Assembly: GCF_009914755.1 (NCBI RefSeq)
Contig: NC_060934.1
Length of the DNA stretch: 64,000 nt
Strand: one strand, 5' to 3'
Source: the human T2T-CHM13v2.0 reference genome, Homo sapiens
Of the stretch, positions 35,885 through 46,722 are shown in pieces; positions within the stretch are counted from its first letter, which is position 1; each line of letters begins with the position of its first letter. A model generated the notes under the pieces. The model did no database searches, was not told the origin of the DNA, and saw only the letters and a program-made list of their open reading frames with translations. The translations under genes were made by a program, and so were the position numbers.

Positions 35885-37545
35885 CTAAAAGAGAGAGACA
35901 GAAGGACTCACAGGGCCCTGGGTGGCCCAGGTAGAGGGCTCCTGGGAAGTCCCCTCCTCCGCCAGGGGTGTGGGATTGAAGGATGGAAGGCTGCCTTTTG
36001 TGAAAGAAATAATGTATATTGCACTTTGCATATTTCCAGTAGGGAAAGTGAAATGATTCTCAAGTAATTATTTGAGAGCTCACAGGGGAGAAGAGAGGGC
36101 AGAGCAGAAACTGGGAGTCAAGAGGAGAACATGGGCCAGTGTGATGGAGGAGGTGGTGGTGAGAAAGAGTGAAATACTGCACATTCTTTGAAGATAGGAA
36201 TAACAATAATTACATTTTAAACCCAACGAAATACCAACAGTGATTCCGCTTTTCCTGTAGCACCTCTGTACTCCACCTCCCACTCCCAGGCAAACTCCTG
36301 TTTATCTTTCAAATCTCAGCTGAAAGGTGTCACTTCCTCCAGGAAACCTCCCTGACTGCTCCTGGGCTTGGTATGTCCTCTGGGTGCTCTCATCCAACCC
36401 CATACTCACCCCTGGCACAGCACTGGCCTCTGCATTGAGATAATCTATTTATTCTCTAGATCCTTCATTAGACTGTGGGCTTCTAGAGACGGGTGAGGGG
36501 AGCATAAAGTCTTGTTCATCACCCTATCTCCAGGGCCTAACACAGGACTAGGCATATAGTAACGCCACAAAAATTGTATTTTGAAGGAGCGAGCCAACAA
36601 GACCTGCTGGAGAGGCCACATATTTTGCCTTAAAACCAGGAGAAAGCACTGAAGCCGGATTCAGAACATACAGGTCTTAGTTCCAGTGGTCTTTATTCAG
36701 TCAAGCAGCATGGAATAAGCACCTACTATGTGCCAGGTACTAGGGACCCACAAAAGAACTCAAAGACTCCCGTCTGGCACAGCGATGTTCAGTAGGGTTG
36801 GCTCTTGTGCCATATGTGATTGCTTGGTGGGAGGCTGTACTGAGAAGGATTTGAGACCACACATCAGGCATCATCCTCTCGTCCCTTAGCAATGTCTGCT
36901 ACAGGCAAAGGATTATAAAGCAGCAGCAGCACATCTGCCATGACTTTGCCAAGCGTGGTTGCAGGGAGGGGCAATTATAAAGCAGATACTTTCCATGTGT
37001 AAGATGCTTTCATGGAGGCATGAACCCAGACCTGTGGGAGCCCAGAGCAGGAGTGAGTCACGCTGCCCGAAGCAATCAGGGAACACTTGACAAAGAGAGT
37101 GACATTTGAGCTGGCGCTTAAAAGAATGAGTAGGACTTCGTCAGACCACAAAGCAGGTAGAAAGGGCACCCAGGGAAGGAAGAAGAGCCTGTCCCAAGCC
37201 TCCGACTTATTGAGAGGACAAGGTGTGTCCGGGGCTTGGGCGAGGCTCTCCCAGGCAGGAGGGTGGAGTGTGTGAGGGGGAGGGAGGCAGGGGACCATGT
37301 AGCTTGGGAAAGACTGGCTCTGCCTTTGAAAGGAGTTGCGACTTGACTGTGAAAACCCAAGCAAAGCCTTTCAGTAGTCCAGAGAGAAGATCAGATTTGG
37401 TTGCATGGAGGCTGGAGAGGAGTGTGACGAGAAAGGTGACAAGGACTGTCAAGTGAGAAGTTGTCACGATGATCCTGCTGAAAGCATGGTAGGGGCAGTA
37501 GGATGAAGAGAGGAACTAGATCTTGGAGAGACTGTATCTTAGGAT

Positions 37546-37651
37546 TCAAGGCTGCTTGGCGTGAGCAGGGAGGCAGGAAGAGATGCGGAGATGGCTCAGT
37601 CAAGGCTGCTTGGCGTGAGCAGGGAGGCAGGAAGAGATGCGGAGATGGCTC
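37546..37651. repeat. Tandem duplication, period 54 bp, 2 copies
   Basis: tcaaggctgcttggcgtgagcagggaggcaggaagagatgcggagatggctc at 37546 and 37600, identical. Confidence 0.95.
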
Positions 37652-37693
37652 GAGTGCTCTGGCCCCCCTCCCCCTTTTCCTTTCTGGCACCTT

Positions 37694-37851
37694 CCAGCAT
37701 CCCTCAGAGGCTGCAGGATGTGCCCCTACCTAGACCCTGGTTGTCCTTTATCCTAGGCCTATATAGAAAATGCCAGCATCCCTCAGAGGCTGCAGGATGT
37801 GCCCCTCCCTAGAGCCTGGTTGTCCTTTATTCTAGGCCTATATAGAAAATG
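37694..37851. repeat. Tandem duplication, period 79 bp, 2 copies
   Basis: ccagcatccctcagagg...tatagaaaatg at 37694 and 37773, 3 mismatches. Confidence 0.95.
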
Positions 37852-37891
37852 AAGGTGGATTTTAAACGGGACCAACACACATCTTACTCAC

Positions 37892-38017
37892 CTTAAACTC
37901 TCCAACCACAGAAGGATCTTCATTTTCATCCGACTTGCCTCGGTACAACTTGAACGTATCTGAGAAGTCTGTCAGGCCCTCAAATTCTGCTACATTTTCT
38001 AGTTCACAATTATATAT
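37892..38017 (-). CDS. MYOF: MYOF exon ~41 ([18 protein letters not shown]...VVGEFK)
   Basis: cag|ATA...AAG|gtgagt; 126 nt, phase 0-0. Confidence 0.96.
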
Positions 38018-38049
38018 CTGAAAACCACCAACAGAGTCTTAATTTCTCA

Positions 38050-38706
38050 TTAAAATGCAGGTAAGGTCTAAAATCAAAAGGGCTGACAGTATCAAGTGGG
38101 CCTGAGGTTGTGGATGGGGCGACCGGAACTCCCAAATCGCTGGCGGGAGTGTAGACAGATACAACCACTTTGGAAAATGTCTGGTAGTTTCTTTTGGAGT
38201 TAAGTAGCCACCTATTCTATGATCTAGAGATTGCATTCCTAGGCATTTACTGATGACAAGTGAAAACACGTACACATGGTAGAAGAATGTTCACAGCAGC
38301 TTCATTATCAGGAGAATGGAAAAATAACTTGTGGCATATCCACACAATGGAATACTACTCAGCAATGACAAGGGAAAAACTATGAATACACACAACCACA
38401 TGATGAGTCTCAAAACTACAACGTGGGGATAAAAGGCCAGACACACAAAACATAAATCATACAAGTCCATTTAGAGCAAGTGTAAAATCAGGCAAAATCA
38501 GTTTGTGGTGAGAGAAATCCAATCAGTTGCTCCTAGGAGGGATGAGGATAGTGGAAAATTGACTGGAAAGGGACACGGGGAAGTTTTCTGTGGGAATGGG
38601 AATGTTCTGTCTTGTTTTGGGTGGTGGTTCACATAGGGTATATACAATAATCACAACTTGTTGAATGGATCACTTTATCGTATGTAAAATATTTCTCAAT
38701 TTAAAA
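38050..38706 (+). mobile_element. Old L1 (L1ME-like) 3' fragment
   Basis: tacaaccactttggaaaa...gaatgttcacagcagc...caatggaatactactcagcaat. Confidence 0.75.
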
Positions 38707-38988
38707 AGCAAGAAGGGAAGAGGATGAAGGAGGAGAAGGAAGGAAGAAGGCAGGAGAAAAGGAAGAAGGAAGGGAGGCAGGTAGGAGGGAGGAAGAAGGG
38801 AGGGAAGGCAGGAAGAAAAGAAGGAAGGAAGAAGGAAAGAAAGGAAGGAAAGAGAAGAAAGGAAGGAAAGAGAAGAAAGGAAGGAAGGGAAGGAAAGGAA
38901 GGAAGGAAGGAAAGAAAGGTAGGAAGACAGGCAGGCAGGAGGAAAAGAAGGCAGGCAGGAAGGGAAGAGGGAGTGAGGGAGGATGGAG
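38707..38988. repeat. Purine-rich (GGAA/GAAA) low-complexity tract
   Basis: About 280 bp, almost only A/G on the plus strand. Confidence 0.92.
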
Positions 38989-39785
38989 TGTGAGGCTGAT
39001 CCTTCAGCCTCATTGGATCATTTTTCTGAATGAATGGTCCTTTATATGCTAGTATTTCTTAAGCTACACTGAGAAGTTATGACAATAACATGAAAAGGTG
39101 TGGGTTTTTTTTTTTTTTGCTTTGATGGGGAAAATTATTTCAATGACCAGATATTTCTCATTCTAAAGTTTTTTTTTCTCATATACACTGTTCTGAAAAC
39201 TTTAGCACTGCTTCTGCTTGAGGACACTACAGGCTGAAAATTGAATGAAGAATTAGAAAATTCAAAACATGAACAGAAAGCTCAGAGCTAGTCAGCCGTG
39301 CCTAGCTCAGTCGCTTGTCTTCCTGCTGTATACATGTTCTCACGGCTGTGATTTTATGCTGCATACATGTGACAGATTCAACTTTTCAGCTTGTGAAACC
39401 AATCCCTGTTCAAAGTACACAACAAAGCATGTTGACATCTTGTGTCATTCTGCAAAGAGCACTATGACTTCTGGGTTTCCCTGAGTCAAACTGGATCATC
39501 GTGGCCTAATTAGTGTGGTGCCAGCCCATTCCCAACCATCTGCCAGATGCCTCCAAGCCCCAATGTGGCAGTCACGTAACCATAACTCAATAGCTGTCCT
39601 CAAGTCCCTGGAATCTTGGCAAAGCCGAAACTCATGCAAGAGGGCTCTCCGGGAAGACAGAGGTTTTCCTGGGCCCTGCTCATTAGCACCCACCCAAGGG
39701 ACCTTTTAGTCATCCTCTTAGCTCTGCCTGTGGCCAGTTTCAAAGGATGTTGATTCTCCACCCATAGCAGCATAGATCCAGGTAC

Positions 39786-39884
39786 CTTGAGCTTGGAATA
39801 GCCTTTCTGAATATACTGTCCGCATTTTTCATGTTCCCCTGAGGAAGCATAAAATTTACTCCACCAGTCCACGATTTCTTCCTC
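39786..39884 (-). CDS. MYOF: MYOF exon ~40 (EEEIVDWWSKFYASSG...GYSKLK)
   Basis: tag|GAG...AAG|gtacc; 99 nt, phase 0-0; ferlin DWWSKF motif. Confidence 0.97.
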
Positions 39885-40873
39885 CTAAAGACATGCCAAA
39901 ATGGAAAAATCTTTAGTGATGTCCTGGATTTCCAATCGATGCAGGAAAATGCATTTGTAATAGTTAAGAAGAAATAGGTTCTTCTGACCCTGTTAAAAGT
40001 GAGATTATATGACTTTTGTTTACATGCACAATGGACAAAGCATTCACGACTCTCCTACTCAGAAGCTAGAGGTGAAATGGCCATTCTGGGCCGATGAAAT
40101 GTGTTTGGCTTTAATGCCCACAATCATACTAGATAATGTTCTTATGTCTTTTACACACAGTCTATTAATTTGTTGGTTTTTACATTTTTATTCTATTGAC
40201 TTCATATTTACATATACATATAAATTTAAAGAAAACCTCCAATATGTGTTTTCTACTATCTCATTTTCTTAGCCCTTTTAGCCAGTAATGCCTTGTAATA
40301 CAATACTCACTAGCTAAAAATTGGAAAAACTGGTTTTAATTCAAGTTCCTTCCTTTATGTTATAAGCCATACCCTTATGTTTCAAGCTGTACTGGCTTGG
40401 GCAAGTTGTTTAACATCTCTGAGCATCAATTTCTTCATCCACTGAATGCAATAATAACACAATGGACAAAGCATTCACATGCTGCCTTCATCTACCTGCC
40501 TCCATGTACCTCCAAAAGTTGTTCTGGAAATCATATGGGATCTTTAGGAGAAAGAGCTTTGAAAATTATAAAACGTGAAACGAAAGGCAGGAGGCATCAT
40601 GGTTCAGTTAGACCAGGGCTCCCAACCTATCCTAGGAGATGCAATCAGTCTGGGGTGAGACCAGGGCATCCAATAAGCTTTCAGAAGTTCCCCAGGAGAG
40701 TCCAATACGTAGACAGTGTTGGGAATCTCTGGTTTGAATGGGTAGTCCTTGGTTGGGCAGAAGGGACAGCATGTCAGAGTCACTTGTGGAATATTGTCAA
40801 ACTATAGAAGGCCTCCCACTCAGATTTATAACAAGAATAGATTCTTATCAGACCCCCTCTTTGCTTATTTTAA

Positions 40874-41281
<408 letters not shown>

Positions 41282-41338
41282 TTAAAAGGCTACTTTTTAT
41301 TCATGTTATATTATATGTTACATTATATGCTTCTTATT

Positions 41339-41371
<33 letters not shown>

Positions 41372-41376
41372 GTGTG
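41339..41376. repeat. (TG)n microsatellite
   Basis: About 13 TG units plus a degenerate extension. Confidence 0.9.
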
Positions 41377-41441
41377 TTACACATACTTACACAGAATTAC
41401 TTCCCCTTTATGGGTCAGCAACCTACACATGGATTTAGTTC

Positions 41442-41739
41442 TTTTTTTAAATTTTGACAGAGTCTCGCTCTGTTGCCCAGGCTGGAGTACAGTGGTGCAA
41501 TCTCAGCTCACTGCATTGCAACCTCCACCTCCCAGGTTCAAGTGATTCTCGTGCCTCAGCCTCCCGAAAATCTGGGATTACAAGCACTCACCACCACGCC
41601 TGGTGAATGTTTGTATTTTTAGTAGAGACAGGGTTTTGCATGTTGGCCAGGCTGATCTCGAACTCCTGGCCTCAAGTGATCTGCCTGCTTCAGCCTCCCA
41701 AAGTGCTGGGATTATAGGCGTGAGCCACTGTGCCCGGCC
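41442..41739 (-). mobile_element. AluS
   Basis: Full dimer. Confidence 0.92.
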
Positions 41740-41768
41740 CCCCTAGATTTAGAAAAAAATTATTCCCA

Positions 41769-42068
41769 GGCTGGGCGCAGTGGCTCACGCCTGTAATCAC
41801 AGCACTTTGGGAGGCTGAGGCGGGTGGATCACGAGGTCAGGAGATCGAGACCATCCTGGCTAACATGGTGAAACCCCGTCTCTACTAAAAATACAAAAAA
41901 TTAGCCGGGCGAGGTGGTGGGCGCCTGTAGTTCCAGCTACGCGGGAGGCTGAGGCAGGAGAATGGCGTGAACCCCGGGGGGCGGAGCCTGCAGTGAGCCA
42001 AGATCGCGCCACTGCACTCCAGCCTGGGTGAAAGAGCGAGACTCCTTCTCAAAAAAAGAAAAGAAAAA
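41769..42068 (+). mobile_element. AluY (possibly Ye-type)
   Basis: gggcgaggtgg and ccccggggggcggagcctgcag variants. Confidence 0.88.
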
Positions 42069-42123
42069 TTCTGGGCAGAAAATACATGAATCTTAAATGT
42101 AGCAAAATGTATACCATAGTTAC

Positions 42124-42135
42124 CTTTTCTGTCAG
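42124..42135 (-). CDS. MYOF: MYOF exon ~39, 12-nt microexon (LTEK)
   Basis: gagcag|CTGACAGAAAAG|gtaact; supplies LTEK of the remembered ...LLASK-LTEK-EEEIVDWW... sequence. Confidence 0.92.
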
Positions 42136-43246
42136 CTGCTCGTGCACATGTCCCGTGAGGAAGAGGGCAAACCATATAACAGGTCACATAGATATGGAGA
42201 CCCCAGGAACATGAAGTTTAAAGAGAAAGAAGCAAAAATTATTATTCATGCATGCCTTATATTATCAACATTTCAATGGGCTAAATTATTTAAAATTTTC
42301 TAAGTCAGGATGAGCCCACAACTGAACCCACCTTACTGGTTTCTTTTCTGAAAATATGCAAAAGGTTACACACAGTATTATAATGAAAGGCTTGGAAGTA
42401 GCCCCTTCCCTGCCCCTCATCTCATGTTTTCGATGGAGTTAGACATTTCCCAGTCGGGAGCACACAGCTCACACAGGAGCAGGGTGTGGAGCTGCTCATC
42501 CCCCTACCCCAGATCTTACGTTCGTTTTAGTTCCTTAAATATATCTCCGAACTTGGTCTAATTCTCCTCCCCACAAAAAACTGTCCTGTCACAAGATATG
42601 TTTGACTGCAATGTTATCATACAGGTACCCCCCAGCCATGCCTATGTTACAGCACCAAATAAATACTCATCCATCAAAACTGCTTTATTATGAGGATGTC
42701 AAGTTTCCATTGGCCAAATCCTTTCATGTGATTTTTTTTTAATGGAGAACCCACCCCAATCTGAGGGCCCATCCAGGAGATGAGAGAATGAAGAACTGGG
42801 AAGGGGGGCTTGAATGTGGTTCTGGTATCTGTTAGAGCATTAGCCAAGCTCGTCCTCAGCAGCAGTTTGAAGACATGCTGCCTAGACCCCTTTCTGAGAT
42901 CCTAACTTTATGTTCATCCTGAAGGGCTCTTCCTCCGGTTGCCATGTGAGAGGCCATGGAGCTGCTTCCGTAGGTGCCCCTTGGTATTTTCCAGATTGAT
43001 TTTTGTTCAGCACAATGCAATTGCCAAGAGAGGCAGAGGGACAGATAGATATATCAATTCTTTCTATTAGATTCATACCAAAGCAAGATTAAGGGTTAAA
43101 TCATCACAGCTGAATTGAGATTTTGGAGAGAGTGATTTTATTTCCAAAGTACTCTTACATTCTCAATGGTTCCTGAGATCAGATTTTTAGAATCTGTTTG
43201 TTCACAATTCAAACCATTTCAAGGAAAATAATAGTTCATGATTTAA

Positions 43247-43587
<341 letters not shown>

Positions 43588-43883
43588 TAGAATTAGTATG
43601 GGAGAATTTATTCATGCCTACATGATCATTAGTTCATGTGGAAAGGTTATGGAAGCAACTGATGTGACTTGCTTTATTATATCTAATAATAAACTTGCAA
43701 TGGGAATCAAATCATTAAATGGCACAGAAGATTCTTCTTTTAGGCTTAAAACAATCACGTTTGTTTAAAGATCACTTTTCACTCCAAAATCTACTAATGG
43801 AAAGAGTTGTAAGAATAATTCAAGTCTTTAGGCCAAGGTCCCACAGTCCCAGGCAGCCTCATGCATTTGCTTATCATACATAC

Positions 43884-43940
43884 ATGCACTGTCGCTGGAG
43901 AAGCCATTTTGCTGAGTGCTGTTGACATACTGCTTAAGCA
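43884..43940 (-). CDS. MYOF: MYOF alternative cassette exon 38a (CLSSMSTALSKMASPATVH)
   Basis: ttccag|TGC...CAT|gtatgt; 57 nt, phase 0-0, no stop; lies between exons 38 and 39 as the known exon 38a does (analogous to dysferlin exon 40a). Confidence 0.85.
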
Positions 43941-45826
43941 CTGGAATTGGAAGGTAATTGTTGAGATGGCCATGTACACATGTCCATGTTATCTGGCTAG
44001 CACTTGACCAATTTTCCCCGAAGACTTATTTCTCACTTTTCTTGTGATAGTGCTCAGCCCATTTGTTAAGAATTTCCATGGACATCACAGAGTAATGCCA
44101 TGAGTTTCCGGAGTGTGACACTGTCACTCAGAGACACAGCCTCCAGCCCCCAGCAACAGCATAGTTATTTTTGAGGCATTCCCTCCATTTACCCAGATAC
44201 AAGGCCTGAATTGAGGAAGTGGTAATACATGCACATTACATGTACATTACATATACATGTAATACAGGACATCAGCAAGCTTGTTATTGGCTCTTTCAAA
44301 GTGCAACTTTGTTCATTTGACTTTGTACAGATGTGCGATGTCTACTGTGATGAACAAGTGGACTCAGATTTTTAGAGATTTCAACCAGCCTTTCTTATCA
44401 ACACAGTGTACCTCAATTAGATGTTAGGAGAGCGAGCTGATTAAAGCAATTTACAATACAGTGGGAATGACTGATACTACCATCACCAATCCTGCTATGT
44501 TGCAATGTTTAACTCTATGATGTAAACTGAACTTTCATAAAGTGTTGCTACAGTAACATAGTCACATTTCTTAACTATGGTTAAGAAGTGAACGAAAATA
44601 CTGGCATAGCTTGTTGACTTTATTCTTCTCCTGTTCCTCAGTTGTTCTTAGGGCTACTGAGTACACTGAAGGCATGTAATAAGAATTGACTGACGATGAG
44701 AGATGGCAAACCTGGAGGCAGATTATACAGCGAGATCTTAAACTGTCTTTTTCTAGAGCAGTTGTAAAAATCTACAGAAAAGATCTTAAGTATATTAACT
44801 TCTGCCAAGGCTACTACTATCTTATTAGGGATATTTGGGGTGGTTTACAAAGTGATCACAGTAGTTTTGGCCCATGAGATTGGAAATTTGATATTGTCGT
44901 TTGTGACTGTGTAGGATTCACAGAGAGTAGAATCAAACACACTGCTGCACAGTGCTGGCTGTGGAGACTATATTTTATATGGTCCAGTTGTTAGTGAGTT
45001 TAATGCAGTGGGATGGAAGTAGATTTTTTTTTTAAGGCACTGTTTATGGACATAACATATTAAAGTGCAATCATGTGCATTTTTGGGCTAGTTTGCACAT
45101 TAAAACACGCTGTGAATGTTCATCATAACTGCCAAGAGAAACAGGGAGATATTTGGTGTTTCCTTTTTTCTGGGCTGAGGCTTTTTGCCCCCTTTCCTTC
45201 GTGTAGAAGTGGCTGGAATAGCTAGTTCTAAAATAGGGCCTTGAGTGATTATTTCAACCAATTTCTTCACTTCAAAACCACAGTGAAAATAAAAAAACCT
45301 GGGTGTCCCATACACTGATAAATATGGTCATTAGAAATTTATCAAACAATTCTGCTTTATGTAGGGGGAAGAATCTGGCGTGTTGCATGTTATCTCTGAT
45401 CTGAATGTTGCAATGCTATAAATTTGCTTCTCAGACTTCGCTTTCTAGCAAATGATCTTTCTCAGACTGTCCACACCTGTGGTTCTCAGACCTGCCAGCA
45501 TATTAAAATCATTTGAGGAGATTTAAAAACATACTGATATCTAGGTCCCTCTCCCTCTTGGGAGGTGGGGCCTGGGCATGGGTTTTATTTTAAGTATTCT
45601 GGGTGACTTATTAGTGAGGGTTGAAGACTACTAGTCTACACAATGTCATCATAACTGTTGATGAGTGCAAGATTTAGACTCTTGTCTGTACTCAGTCCTC
45701 AATAAATGGATTGGCTGATGATTATAATTGCAACAAACTGTTGTTTGACTGAATTCACCAAATGCTTAGACATCTAAGCATAGAAGATAAAACTGACAGC
45801 ATCCACTGATCAGCTCTGAAGCCTAC

Positions 45827-45903
45827 CTTAGAAGCCAGTAATGGTTTGGTGTCTTCCATTTCGATAACGATGTCCCGGCATGGTGGGGCAGACAGAAGGG
45901 AGG
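45827..45903 (-). CDS. MYOF: MYOF exon ~38 (ASLLSAPPCRDIVIEMEDTKPLLASK; inter-C2 linker)
   Basis: cag|CC...AAG|gtaggc; 77 nt, phase 1-0. Confidence 0.95.
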
Positions 45904-46238
45904 CTGCAAGACAAATACTTTCTTAATCTAAGATACTTAGAGAAATACAGTGGTGAACATTCTACTCCAAGTTCAAGTTTAACAGCCATAGGGTGGATGG
46001 TAGAGTTTATTCTTGGATGGGACTTACAGAATAGAGAGGACAACTCCTGAATGTAGAAAATAAACCAACAATCCATCACGTTTCCCCAAACATAATATGG
46101 TTTTAGACATTTTCTAGGGGATTATATGTTCATTACTGTTTTTAGACAATTAGTCCAGTGCCTATACAGAAAGTGCTCAAAAAACAATTGTGTCAATACA
46201 TGTCTTTAGAGGGTGCAGGAGTAAGTGGGGAACCGACA

Positions 46239-46469
46239 TTTTTTAATTTCAATAGCTTTTGGGGTACAAGAGGTTTTTGGTTACATGGATGAATTATATG
46301 GTTGTGAATTCTGAGATTGTAGTGCACCTGTCACCTGAGTAGTGTACATTGTGCCCAGTATGCAGTCTTTTATCCCCCTCCCCCTTCTGAGTCTCCAATG
46401 TCCATTGTACCACTCTGCATGCCTTTGTATTCCCATAGCTTAGCTCCTACTTATAAGTGAGAACATACA
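46239..46469 (-). mobile_element. L1 (L1PB/L1MA-like) 3' end fragment
   Basis: ttttggttacatggatgaatt...catagcttagctcctacttataagtgagaacatac. Confidence 0.8.
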
Positions 46470-46564
46470 GAGAGCCTACATCTAAAGGAGTCTTCTTTTC
46501 TTGAAGTTTGTTCCTAAGAAACAGAAAATAAAGAAGAGAAAAATAAGAAAAAGAAGGGAAAGGA

Positions 46565-46691
46565 GGGGTGAGAGGCCAGGGGAAGGAGAAATATCTAATG
46601 TAGATAACAGGTTAATGGGTGCAGCAAACCAACATGGCACGTGTATACCTATGTAACAAACCTGCACGTTCTGCACATGTATCCCAGAACT

Positions 46692-46720
<29 letters not shown>
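46565..46720 (+). mobile_element. Severely 5'-truncated L1PA 3' end with poly(A)
   Basis: gggtgcagcaaaccaacatggcacgtgtatacctatgtaacaaacctgcacgttctgcacatg; TSD aagaagggaaagga. Confidence 0.92.

Positions 46721-46722
<2 letters not shown>

Noticed and set aside
37546-37851. Direct repeats as a possible CRISPR-like array
   Set aside because: Only two copies each, no spacers, no cas genes, human intron
38696-39013. K/E/G/R-rich and L/P/S/F-rich ORFs on opposite strands
   Set aside because: Artefacts of the stop-free GGAA low-complexity tract
44235-44263. Short hairpin attacatgta...tacatgtaat
   Set aside because: 10-bp stem inside a degenerate (TACA)n-like patch; too short for a pre-miRNA and expected by chance
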